DNA of 64,000 nucleotides, taken from assembly GCA_028023455.1 (NCBI GenBank), contig JAQFVV010000001.1, positions 24,862,001 to 24,926,000 on the forward strand, written 5' to 3'. A model generated the notes under the pieces. It made no database searches. It saw only the letters and a program-made list of their open reading frames with translations, and was not told the origin of the DNA. The translations under genes were made by a program, and so were the position numbers. Each line of letters opens with the position of its first letter. The first letter of the stretch is position 1. This DNA comes from Epiperipatus broadwayi. Its lineage: Eukaryota; Animalia; Onychophora. Positions 39,668 through 52,101 of the stretch are shown here, piece after piece.

Positions 39668-40213
39668 TTATCTTTTCGATATATATGTGTTTAAGTGTAT
39701 CAGTGATATGAGATAGAGTGGTGATGGGTGGGTCATATGAAAGTTTGTGCTCATATACCCTATATATTAAAGTATATTATTATTATTTATCTTGTTATGA
39801 GTAAAATAAAATCCTCATAATAACAACCAATAGCAAGATGTTGGATATTCAGGTATTTGTTATTTAAATTTTATTATTATATTTTACAGTAATACATCAT
39901 TTATATTTGTACCTATTCATTGTTGGAGTAAGGTTTTTTTTATTAAATTGTATAGTTAAGATTAATACTTATATATTTTATACATAGAGTTGTGTTTAAT
40001 TGGTCTTTATGATAATAATTCCACTTTATATTATATTAAGATGTTAAGTATTTTAGTGGTAAAATATAAAAAATAGAGTTAAGATTTTCATTACTCTATA
40101 TTGCTTTGAAAACATTGAAGTAATGCTAAATGTGTATACTCTTTTGGAATTTTTATATATGAATGTATGACTTTTAAGAGAATTATTTTAGAATTAATTT
40201 AATCTCCATGTCT

Positions 40214-40305
40214 ATAAGTACTTGATCTTATGTGTTACAGTCATATAGTGGAGAAATGTCTATAACTACTTGATCTTACGTGTTACAGTCATATAGTGGA
40301 GAAAT
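40214..40305. repeat. About 48-bp tandem duplication
   Basis: tataa(g/c)tacttgatctta(t/c)gtgttacagtcatatagtggagaaatg x2. Confidence 0.85.
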
Positions 40306-41373
40306 GAGCTCCTGATGACTTAGTATCAGGCTGAATTTAAATATATTAGTATCTATTATAATGTCACATATGCAGTCCACTGTAATAGTATTGTATTTTA
40401 GTATCATTTAGTAGAGGAAACCTCCTAGTGATTTATATTTTAGCTTATGATAGCCATAATTTGTAATACCATGTATATCTTTATTATTTTGTAATGAAAT
40501 GATTTAATGTTTTTGGATGAAAGAAATACATATTTTAAAAGATTGATAGTGTAATGATAAGTAAAGATCAAATAAAATTTTTTATATTAGTTATTTAATA
40601 ATTATATATTTTAAATCTTATTTTGATGCAAATTAAATATTCTTCTCTTTAGTGAATGGCTTGTCTAATAATACATAAAGCTACACTCACACATGTTAGG
40701 TATGTTAGATTTAAATATTATCAGTTTTATATTCATGAAGTCCAAGAAATATCTGATTATATTTTTATTGATAACTTTAATTTACTATCATTATTATTTT
40801 TATTTTTGAATGAAATTTAATTTTATATTTATTAAATTACTTCGACTTTCATGCTTTTGAGTTTTGCATTGTCATATAATTGGTAATTTATAATCACGTG
40901 GTATTCTTATATTTTATTTATAACATAGTATTTCAAATTATTTTATATAATTTCAATAGATTATAGTTAAATATTTATAGTAATAATATGTAATTATAAC
41001 AACAGATAGCAGGAGAACATTGTTGGTTAATAGTCATTATTTAATATATATACGGAAAAGCTAATAAGTGTACATGTTTATTATTAGGTAACATTATTAA
41101 TGTTGGTTCTTATTAACATTTATATCCCTCAAGCATTAAGACTTGGTTAATGTAGGATATAGTTGGATACAATAAAATATTCTTCGTTATTCTATATCAA
41201 TTATAAGGTTTATAATTAAATAATAAAATGCTGAGATATCATTGAGTCTTATTTATTATACTCAAAATATTTTAAACCCTGAGATATTATTTTATAATTA
41301 TTTATTTACACATTAAAACCCTGATATATTATTAAGTCTTAAAATAGTTAGCCATTGTAGCCTTTACATATAT

Positions 41374-41700
41374 TGTAACCGGACCCCCTTATAACCTCTT
41401 TACCTCGGTTGTAACTATTTCCTGATGAGCATATTGTGCTTTCCCCAATACAGACATCACCCCCCTACAACAATATTTCCTGCTAATCAGAGGATGTAGC
41501 ACCATAGAGACTGGAAACACTTAGAAATTTGTGTGTTTGGTTTTTCCAAACAGCTCCATTAGAGTTCCATCTCACTACAACCCGACTTACTTAGGTCTAG
41601 TTATGCCGGACATAGCTCAGGAGGCATGAGATTCTCATGAACAAGTGCAATGAATGACAAATGATGCAACATGAACAACTGGATTGGTTTTAAACAACAA
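41374..41700. mobile_element. LTR-like fragment
   Basis: Begins TGTAACCGG right after a (TA)n run and is GC-richer than its flanks; the other end was not identified. Confidence 0.3.
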
Positions 41701-42130
41701 ATTTATTTCAATATTTGTTAAGATCATTAGTTCTCCTCAGTTATTTTGGACAATAAACCCATAATGTTTATCATTAGTTCATGTTTGATATAGTTCATCT
41801 TTAGGATCCATTTTCTAATATGCACATATTTTCTTGGGTTTCCTTGATCAGTTACTCCTTATTGGTGATGTATTTATCTGTGGTGTCCTTTAATTCTTTA
41901 GTTGTGATTCAAATATTATTCCTTGATCCATGTACAGCTGTATTTTAGTGACAAGCATTTGTAATTCCTTCTCTTATAGATGTTGCATTATTTTCTTAAG
42001 CACTTCTAATCCTTCCCAGTATTACTGTGCTTTGTACATAACATTTATTATTCCACCATCTATAGATATACCCTAATTATATAACATTTATATTTCATTC
42101 AGATTGATATATGTGGCATATATAATTTAT
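41700..42130 (-). mobile_element. Highly decayed RTE-like LINE 3' coding remnant
   Basis: Minus-strand translation has fragments resembling the RTE post-RT region (GIT..RNN.I..TTKELKD). Many stops. Confidence 0.3.
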
Positions 42131-42139
42131 ACTAGTGCA

Positions 42140-42690
42140 GACGTATTTTGTTTACATAATCATTTATGATTTATTCCATTAAAGACGTTTTGATTATAAA
42201 CATATAAGTATTTATTCTTTATTTCCACACAGACATATTTGGTATATAAAATATATCAGCATTTAGGATTTATCCTAAGAAAGACGTATTTGCATATAAA
42301 AATATAATCATTTATGATTTATTTCAAGAAAGATGTATTTTGATTATAAACATTTAAGCATTTATTCTTTATTTCAAGACAGACGTATCTGGTATATAAG
42401 ATGTATAAGCATTTATGATTTATCCCAACAAAAACATATTTGCATATGACAATATAATCATTTATGATTTATTTCAAGAAAGATGTATTTTGATTATAAA
42501 CATATAAGTATTTATTTTTTCTTGCAAGACAGATGTATGTGGTATATAAGATGTATAAGCATTTATGATTTATCCTAATAAAACATATTTGCATATAAAA
42601 CTATAATAATTTATGATTTATTTCAAGAAAGATGCTTTTTTGATTATAAACATATGTGTTTATTCTTTATTTCCACACAGACGTATTGAA
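42140..42690. repeat. About 149-bp minisatellite, about 3.6 copies, with internal shorter sub-repeats
   Basis: ataat(c/a)atttatgattta at 42156, 42304, 42454 and 42603. Confidence 0.9.
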
Positions 42691-44891
42691 ACAGTCGATC
42701 TTAGTTCAAGATTGAATTTGACTGTTCTACCACAACCTATGTTTCATCCTGCTTTTTTTTTGTCATATGTATATAAACTATACATATATTTCTGAAAAGC
42801 ATCTATAAAAGTTACAAATATAAATTTTAAATAATTAGAGGATTAAGATATTTTAATGTTTTTCTCCTCTATAAAGTATATTTCTTTTTCATATTGCTGA
42901 TGGCAATTACTTATACCTAATTCTCTTTTTACACAGTAGATTGGTTCCCGAAAATTACTTGTAAAAGAAATTCGTGTAAAAAAATACATTATATATATGG
43001 AAAATAAGGAGATTGGTTTTGGACCTAAGTAATCAAATAAACCATATGAAAAAATTTGTTAGATTATTATATTTTTTGTATGCTATCAAATTTTACTTCA
43101 TACAAATTAAACATAAATAAAAAATGAGTTGTATGAACATTAATTTCTTACAAAAATAAAAAAATTTGAAAGTGATAACACTTACAATGAAACACTCATT
43201 GGTTTCTCTACACAAGCCATCAAAAATTTTGAAGTTCAAAGCATATTATCACTTCCACATTATAGATAAAAAAAAAAAATGAAATAAAGAATATTAATGT
43301 AATTTATTACTTTTATTTCCTTTAACGTATTAATTTTTTTAAATTTAACAACTAACACATTTGAAAAGAGAAATTGTAGGCCACCAGAGTACATTTATCA
43401 AAAATATGAGTGACATCTAAGTATCCAAGATTTTATTTGCTGTCATTAACTGATAATAAAGACATATATCTGCGCGTAATTGGAATACCATTGCTATCAC
43501 TAAAACTTGCAATGTATAATATACCATCTATTGATTTTTGGCAAAATTAATAAATATAAATTTAAACAAATTAATAAATTAAATTTAAACAAAATTAAAT
43601 TTTTTTAATATCAATACCATCAAGGAATTTTTTTACAAACCAAATGTCAAAATGCAAACAAAGCATCAATATGAATAACATACTTTCTTTTAAACAAAAT
43701 GTCAAAAATATTACAATACAGACAAACAAATTTTTCTGTTTGCAGGAATATTGCTGAAAAAGGGATTTTTGTTTTTAAAGTAAGGAGAAATGAAGAGTTG
43801 AAACTTTTTTTTAAAAAATTAAATGATAATTTCAGACAATTTTTTTTTTAGTTTTGTGATGTAATTGTGATGAACCCGATCTCAGAAACAAATCTGTAAA
43901 TAAACACTGAATTAAAAACATTTACAATCTTGTAAAAAGGAAAATAAAATATTTTATATTACTTATATGAATCCAGATAATATTTATTTTTTCATTCCAG
44001 TCATGAATATATCAGCAACTCTAATCCCAAAGTACCATATTTTTTTTTTTTTTTTTTTACCAATTGTGTTATTTTAAAAACAACTCATGTAGAAAGAGAA
44101 ATATTTTTTTAAACTTGTACTATTTCAAAATTGTCAAAAACAATTCATGTATAAAAGAGAATTAGGTATATATGAAATATGAAGGTGGTTATGACATTTA
44201 TTTTTACAGGATTTTGGGGGTTAAACAATTAATCATAGAAAATTTTTATCATAACTATAAACATTTTTTATTTTTATTTTTGAAACTTGAGAAATTCATT
44301 ATTCTTTTGTCAGCAGCTAAATATGTATTCAAGCATCTTTATCAAATTTGAAATTGGAATTTGACCAGATGACTTTTTTTTTATTTTAAAGCATTATCTT
44401 TTCCAAATTAATCAAGAACCAATTTTTGAAATTAATTGATAGCTATTATAATTTTTTCTCTAGATACCCTCAGATAGATACATTTTTATCAGTCTTTAGA
44501 ATAGATCATAGCTTTACAGATAATCAAATCTCAATAAATTTGATATATATTTGTAAGATTTTATTGTCAAATTTTTATTTAACATATTGAAAAAAGTTTA
44601 TTATTACCATAATTAACTTTAAAAGTAATGCTTTGAAGTATAATCATTTGTTTTTTTCATATCCTTCTTTACATCTGCATTCATTTATTTAAAACATGGA
44701 TTTAATTTTGATCATGAATTTAACACTTCCTATATACATATTTCCCTCGCATATATGTCTCTGTGTCCATTTATTAAATATATTTATAGTTAATTATTTT
44801 AAACTGATTTTATAGACAATTTTATTTCTTAAATATTAAAAATATGAATTGTTCTACACCTTTAGTGTTATTTAAATAATTAAATGATATA

Positions 44892-46095
44892 CACCTGGGT
44901 CTCTTTTTGTGCAGATTTTTTTAATGCAATTTTGAAGTTATGCGATTCATATTTCTTCTTAATATCTTTTCATGTGATAAAGAAGTTCATATTTCACTTA
45001 AATTCGGGATTTCTCTGTTTTACATACGCATTAAATTTTATATACTTTAAATACCTGTTGGAAAAAGATTTGGCAGTAAATTTGATACCGTAGAAGATTT
45101 CGAAAAGGATAATGAATCAGAAGTGGAACCTGTTTATTTCACAGCAAAAATGATTTGAAAAAGTCTTCAACTTTCTAATCAATTGGAAAATCATTTTCTT
45201 GTTAATGACACGAATTATGAACAAGCTCTTAAATTCCAACGAGAGCAAAATAGTTGTATGTTTGTGTTATGTATGTATATGTATTCTTTTATACACATAT
45301 ATACATGGAGAAACTTTTAGACAGAAAAAAGTTACAAGTAAAAATATTTAAGAACTTTTAATTTCTACTTAAAAAGAATGTATCTTTAAAAGTTTTTAAA
45401 TATTTTTACTTGTAACTCTTTTCTGCCTAAAAGTTTTTCCATGTATATATGTGTATAAAAGAAAATGTAACCGTTAGTCATTATTAACACATTCGTGGAA
45501 GCATGTTATATATATATAGTTGCACTCGTGAAGTGCATTCTCTAACAGCTAGACATAGCAATCTGGATATCGTGAGTTTCATAAACAATTACTAAAAAAT
45601 CATCATCTCAAAGCTTAATTACCGATTATATGGTCGACAGAAGCATTTACACAGCACAAGACTGAAGTTGGTGCTAATTCTATTTCCTCTTGTGACGAAT
45701 CTGATGTCTTACCAGTTCACAGTAAACCACATATTGTCAAATAGCGATAATGATTAAAATATGTGTGAAAAAATGTAAAATAAGTTACACATAAAAACCT
45801 ATTATTTTGAATAAAATTAAATAGTTAATAAAAAAAAGTTTGTCTTGTATCAATTTTTTTTAAATATTTGAAATTTTATTAGTTATACTTTATTTCCTTA
45901 TTTTTATTATGCGGATTTTAAAGTAATTTTACCTTATTACTTTGGTTTTATGCGATTTTTGAAAATTACGGAACGTATCCCACATTTTTCAAGGTAAGTT
46001 AAGTCTATTTTTATGCGATTTTTTTAATGTGGATTTTCTGTTGAACCTATCTACTACTGTGGAACCTATCTACTGCATAAAAAGAGACCCAGGTG
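44892..46095 (+). mobile_element. Tc1/mariner-type MITE copy 1 (TIR CACCTGGGTCTC.., TA TSD), with nested insertion
   Basis: ta/cacctgggtctctttttgtgcag ... ctgcataaaaagagacccaggtg/ta; homologous to 51201-52101 and 53243-54152. Confidence 0.85.
45284..45463. mobile_element. Nested hairpin MITE (about 77-bp arms, about 26-nt loop)
   Basis: ttcttttatacacatatatacatggagaaactttta..ttaagaactttta / taaaagtttttaa..aaaagtttttccatgtatatatgtgtataaaagaa. Confidence 0.8.
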
Positions 46096-46367
46096 TATTG
46101 TTAAATAATTATAATTAAAATAAGCTTAAATCCTATGCCATCTGATAGGTTCTGTGATATTAATCTGATATTTTATTTCCTTATATCACATTATCAACAT
46201 GTTTTATTAAAATCTATCCTAATTCCTCCTTATTTTATTAAAATATTTTTTTTAACTTATAATTTGTTATTACTATGTTAAATTTTTGATAGTGTAACTT
46301 TGAAGTATACTTATTAGAACAAATACATTGATTTAAAAAACATTAAAATATATAATTTTTTGAACAG

Positions 46368-46474
46368 GATGTGGTGCTTCAAATTTGGGCATTTTATTTA
46401 TTTAAAGTCAAAGGAGGTTTTGTGAGTGGAGATAAAAATTTTAAACCAGAATTACCAGCTTTTCCAAGGGATAG
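46368..46474 (+). CDS. TAF1B: TAF1B coding exon: DVVLQIWAFYLFKVKGGFVSGDKNFKPELPAFPRD(R)
   Basis: tttttgaacag acceptor and AG/gtaaga donor. Starts in phase 0, continuing ..KQLK, and matches the recalled TAF1B NDVLHNFWKRYLQK helix. Confidence 0.85.
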
Positions 46475-47224
46475 GTAAGATCACTTTATTAAATAATGCA
46501 TAAATTTTATACATATTTTTGTATTTTTTTTTTATGATTTCTGCTATCATAATTTTATCAATGTATATATATTATAAATTAAAATAATCAAAATCTTAAT
46601 TAAATAAATTAGTGAAAAGTTAAAAATAGGATGCATACCCATGCTTTTGGAAATCACCAACTATGTTCATGGATTATATCTTAGTTATACCCTGAAGCAA
46701 TGTACTAAGATTTGCCTATACATATAGTTAAAGTGTTTGAGTGAAAAAGATAGAGCGATTCATTCTATCTTTTAAAAAGACTTTATCTTGTGTTTGGAAA
46801 GGAGAGTATTCATTAAAAAGCATTCGATCTGTAAAGCGCATGTGCAGTGGAGTAATCTACTATTATTATTACAATTTATAACATTACGCTATATAAATAA
46901 AATATTTTGTTAAAGGAGTTTAGTTAAATTACTCTATATTATAACTTAGCTCCATTATGTTGATTCCTGATACATATATTAGTTCCATACAATGGGTTAT
47001 ATTTAATATGACTAGTTTGTGGTTATATGTAAGTTATGCATATGTACATGTATTTACGTAAATAATTGAATAATTCACAAAGATAATGTAATTAATTGTT
47101 TTTTAAATGGTCAAATTTCAGTCTTAAAAAATTTGTCTATAATGTTGTCTTTATAAAACTTAAAATAATCAATCTTAATCAGAATTGAAATATACATTTA
47201 GAAGTAAGTAAAAATTTATTTAAC

Positions 47225-47272
47225 AAATCAAATCAGACTTTTGTTTCTTATTTGAACCTCATCAAGATGTTT
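47225..47272 (-). ncRNA. Degenerate PLE hammerhead motif (left arm)
   Basis: Minus strand ACATC TTGATGA GGTTC-AAATAA-GAAAC AAAA GTCTGA TTT GATTT; G12 replaced by A. Confidence 0.45.
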
Positions 47273-48714
47273 TTCTTTTCTAATTACATGATTAATTATT
47301 CTCCGGCAACTCCATTCGCTACAAGAAATATAAATAACAAAATACATATAGTTACATTAAAAATGAATAAAGTTAGAAACTTATTACAATCCTTTTTTTT
47401 TTTTTTAATTTACAAAACAATCTACAAAAATAATATTTAATTATAACTCTAAAGTTTCCGATAAGCCAACAATGCTCATTTAACTCCTAATTGTATTGGG
47501 CCTTTAACCATGTTCACATATTTTTAAAATTTTCTTAAATATATGAAGTTTCATAACATTTTCTTTCCTTAGTAATTTTTAACATATTTTATTACCTGAA
47601 TATTTTTTCATAATTCATTCTATGACCAGTATATGATTTTGTTTCCTTTCTATTAATTGCCCATTTATGCATCTTACCCTTTTCAATGGTAGTTTTTTTA
47701 TTTTTTATCTGATCTATATAAATCACATCACATTGCAGTGGTCACAATTAATTTTATAAACTAATTCAACCCTGTTTTTAATATTCATTTTTTTCGCATT
47801 ACAAATAATATTTCTCTAAAGATTTACTATTTTTCCATCCTATTTTAATATCATCAGATAATTTTTCTTTTATCAATGTCTTACATATTTCTACTGAATA
47901 TGAAATTGAAACCCATTTCCTATTTTTATGCATAGGATTTACACTATTTCTTGTATTATTAATATGTTTATTACTGAAAATGTTAATATCTTTCCTTTTA
48001 TAAAAAAAATTTATAAAAATATTTTTAGTAATAAACATACTAATAATATAAGAAAAAGTGTAAAGCATATATATAAAAATAGGAAATGGATTTCAATTTC
48101 ATATTCAGTAGGGATATATAAGATATTGATAAAAGAAAATTACCTGATAATATTAAAGTAGGATGGAAAAATAGCAACTCTTTAGAGAAGTGGGTTTGTA
48201 ATGCAAAAAAGATGGATAATATTAAAAATAGGTTAGTATTCATGGCAATATGATATATAAGTTAGACAAGAAATATGGCCATTGAAAGTGATAAGGAACA
48301 TAATGGGGCAATTAATTGAAAGGATACAAAATCAGATAACAATTGTAAAATGAATTGTGAGAAAAATATTCAGATAAGATATGTTAAAAATTACATGGAA
48401 AAAAAATGTTATGAAACTTCGTATATTCAAGAAAATTTAAACAAATGTATAACATAGTTAAAGGCCCAGCACAATTAGGGGAGGGAAATGGGCATTTTTA
48501 GATTATTGGAATTAAAATATTATTTTTGTAGATTATTTTGTAAATTTGAAAAAAAAAAAAATTGAATTGTAATAAGTTTTTAATGTTATTCATTTTTTGT
48601 GTATATGCGTATGTGTGTGCGTATTTTACTATTTATGTTCATTATAGTATAATATAAATAATGTTTATTGGATGGAGATGCTATTGAGTAGTTGGTCATG
48701 CGATTATAAAAAAA

Positions 48715-48762
48715 GAAATATCTTGATAAGTACCAATAAGGAACAAAAGTCTAGTTTGATGT
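48715..48762 (+). ncRNA. Degenerate PLE hammerhead motif (right arm)
   Basis: ATATC TTGATAA GTACC-AATAA-GGAAC AAAA GTCTAG TTT GATGT. Stem I is ATATC/GATGT; the consensus of the two arms gives a perfect stem II GTTCC/GGAAC; G12 replaced by A. Confidence 0.45.
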
Positions 48763-49329
48763 GCTAAATAAACTTTTAATATTTGAAATACAGGCACACT
48801 TCATATACCTGGAGTTTAATTGTAATTATATGGGATTTAAACACAGACTTTCAAGGTGAAGGGAGCTTGAATCCCCTATAATTACAAATAAACTTTTATT
48901 TTTTCTTGTCTCTTTCAATTTTGTTTAAGATTGATTATTTTTATATAATTATATATATCCTATAATATATGCTATTAATAAGTCATCATAAAATTTCAGA
49001 TCATTTTATTGCAGGATTTGAATTTTAGAAAACATTTTCCTAATTAATTGTCTTTAAATCAGACATTTGCATCTCATGTAAGAATAGCAATTAATAATAA
49101 TAACAGTAGTAATAGTAGCAGTAGCAACAGCTGAGATTGTGATGGTAGCAGTACCAACTTATTGTTTGAGAGTTTATAAAAAGTTGAAGCATTGGAAATA
49201 ATCGTGGGATTTGTGATCCACAGACCTTATCTGAGTTAGCAACTCTACCATTATGGAAACTATATAAGGCATGCTAAGATACATATTCTTCAGCCTAAAG
49301 ATAAATATAAATACATAGTTTAAATATCC

Positions 49330-50500
49330 AACACGTATGAAAATATTACACAGAGTAAAAAATTTTGAAATAAAAATTAAATACTAATTTACCAAGCGCT
49401 TTTGATATTGTATACCAGATTCATGATGACTAATTTAAACTGAACGGGTAATATTCTATGCTTGCTTAATGGGACACTCGTATTACATTGATTAATGATG
49501 TCATTAGACTTAGCAAAACCAAGCCTAATGACGTCATTAGATTTAGCAATTAACCAAGCGTCTTTCAAGTTATTTTTCCTATCATTAGGCTCATTGCAAA
49601 TAGCACTAATCATTTGAGGAAAACATTCATGCCCACTAATTTTCTCATGATTAAAAAATACTGAATTAACCTGAGATTCCGTTTTAGATTTCCTATATTG
49701 ATAAAGATATTGCTGCAACCTTGTTGATATATTAGCTTTCATTTTCCCATAATAAATAGTATTACAACCAGACTTACAGCAAATAATTGAATTTACAACT
49801 CCATATTTATCATTACCATTCACACTATCTTTCAAATTATTTATCAACCTATTTAAACATAAGGGTAATCTAAGACCAACATTATAACCTTTACAAATTA
49901 TTTCCTTTAATTTCATATTTACAGATGCCACTATGCTAAAGGAATCCATTCCTTATCTGTTTTCTTTTTTACCTCCATATTTTAATTAAACCTGACTTTA
50001 TTGTAAGATAAATATAATTGTCTTTACAATAAACTTTTATTGTTAGCCCACACTTATTAAACTGTTAATATATATTCTTCAATATTTATTTTTCTATCTA
50101 CGTCATATTTACACAAATATAAATTATGATTCCAAAAACATTTAAATCCAGCTAATTTATAATTTAATGATATCCATGACAATGGATGTATAAAATTTCT
50201 TTTATTTAATGGTTTAATAATCATTTTATACACAAACTCTTTATGATCTCTATGTATATTTACATCTACATAATTCAAAGACATATTATCCTCAAATTCC
50301 ATAGTTCATACTAAACCCGAATTATTATTCAAATTAACGCAAATATCTTCAATCAATTTTCTTGGTCCATCACAAACATATTATCCACATATCTTCTATA
50401 CAAAATATTATCATTATCATTTATAAATGGTTTTACAATATATTTTTTCATTTCTGAAACATATAAATTATAAATAACATCACTTATTGCCAAATCCTTG
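49330..50500 (-). mobile_element. Penelope-like element fragment (RT palm/thumb plus GIY-YIG endonuclease)
   Basis: ORF 50057-50302 MEFEDNMSLNYVDVNIHR..KPLNKRNFIHPLS (PLE FTxExE..LxFLD..RKPT..HP motif). ORF 49389-49949 YGVVNSIICCKSGCNTIYYGK..STRLQQY..NHEKISGHEC. Confidence 0.85.
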
Positions 50501-51030
50501 GCCAATCATTCTTCATTTGATGATTATACTCTCCTATATCTTGCAGTAACATCACTATCAATCCATTCCAAAACATCTATAATAAATTTCACTTTACATA
50601 CATCTACATCCATAATCTATAAAAGTTTTTTAATTATACTTATAGATTGTCCAAAAATTGTCTTTTATGAACATAATAAAATTAAAATAAAGGTCACAGA
50701 GATTTTTGATGAATCATTTTGAATCTGAGGTCATCAATCTTATGAAAACTTTTTTTAATAATAGATATTTGGCAGTTGTTTTTGAATAATGCATAGTTAT
50801 GTGTTTGTACTTATGTGTTTGTTTTGCTTGTAGTTTTCACTTGAAAAGTTCATTTGTTTAATGCACAAAACTATGATCTGATGAAAATTTTTTTTACAAT
50901 TTTGTTTTAATAGTATCTTTATTGTTATGTTTCATTTTATTTTGATTAGAATTACTAGTATAGTGTGTTGTGGGTGTGTATATATATATATTGTTTTTAT
51001 TAATTGCATTTTGCTTTTGTTTTTGTTTAG

Positions 51031-51106
51031 GGATATTAATTATTCTAAAAATAATAAAAATCCAGTGGTTAAATCAGAATTTAAAGAAATAAATGTAAAG
51101 AGAATA
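51031..51106 (+). CDS. TAF1B: TAF1B coding exon: (R)DINYSKNNKNPVVKSEFKEINVKRI
   Basis: Long pyrimidine tract with ttag acceptor and ATA/gtaagt donor. Its phase-2 start completes the AG codon of the 46368 exon, and it ends in phase 0. Confidence 0.75.
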
Positions 51107-51200
51107 GTAAGTATATATATTGTTTATATAAATTTTGATAGTAAAAAGAAATTTGACCCCATTAAACTATAGAACATATTCACATATTTTTTTTTATATA

Positions 51201-52101
51201 CACCCGGATCTCGTTTTATGCGGTAGATAGGTTTTTTAAAAAACGCGCACAAAAATAAACTTAACTTACCTTGAAAAATGGGGATAGATTCTGTAATTTT
51301 CAGAAAGGCATAAAAGCAAAGCAACAAGGAAAAATTACTTTAAAATTCGCATTAAAAAAATAAGGAAATAAAGTATGACTAATAAAAAATTTCAAATATT
51401 TGAAAAAAATTAATACAAGACAACCTTTTTTTATTAACTACAGTATTTAATTTTACATTTTTTCATACATATTTTAATCATTACCACTCTTTTACAATAT
51501 GCGTTCGTTTGTGAACTAGTAAGAAATCAGATTCATGACGTGATATACAACTAGTGCCACTTTCAGTCTTGTGCTGCGTTAATGGTTTTCTGTTTTTATA
51601 TTAAAAAAATGAGATCGCAATCAAAACAAAAAGATTATACATTATCATTAGAAAGATTATTTTCAGTTTATAAAATCAATAAAATCTTCGTTATTATTTA
51701 TTTTAAAAATCTAAAAAAATATTTATTTCTGTTAATATCTAACAAAATATGTTTTAAAAGTTTAAAATTTTTGAATATTTATTGCGATATTTTTATATGT
51801 ATGTATAAATCTATTATTATTATTTACTCATTATTATTTAGTCATTAGTATAAGTAGGTTATTTACATAGAAGCTAAGATTTTAAATACAGCTTCAGGAC
51901 ATATTCACGTTAGCTGCTAATATAACATTATATTTTTGAAAAAAAAAAAAATAAGTATTTCAAGTCAAAATAAGTTATTAATAATTTAAATTTCTTGATA
52001 TCTAATAAATATAGTGAAATATGAAAGATATTAAGAAGAAACATGAATCGCATAACTTCAAAATTGCATTAAAATAATCCGCATAAAACGAGCCCCAGGT
52101 G
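51201..52101 (-). mobile_element. Tc1/mariner-type MITE copy 2 (inverted relative to copies 1 and 3)
   Basis: ta/cacccggatctcgttttatgcgg ... ccgcataaaacgagccccaggtg/ta. Confidence 0.85.

Larger units (their letters stand above)
39202..39769. mobile_element. Foldback of two inverted PLE pseudo-LTR-like arms (about 270 bp each, about 20-nt loop at 39476-39495)
   Basis: The arms are near-perfect reverse complements, and each carries a minimal hammerhead motif reading outward from the centre. Confidence 0.85.
47222..48770. mobile_element. Second head-to-head Penelope-like 3'-end foldback with coding remnants (about 750-bp arms, centre about 48003)
   Basis: The arms are reverse complements (aatatgtttattactgaaaatgtt / aatatttttagtaataaacatact). 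They encode PLE linker remnants (KWISISYS..IKVGWKNSNSLEK). A degenerate hammerhead lies at both outer ends. Confidence 0.85.

Noticed and set aside
39830-43030. Exon-like segments at about 39890-39930 and 42936-43027 as a nested gene
   Set aside because: Joining them gives early stops or a 37-nt intron, and the peptides are unrecognisable.
50700-50750. ttgatga...tcatcaa hairpin at the 5' side of the 49-50 kb PLE as a hammerhead
   Set aside because: No stem II and no GAAA in register on either strand.
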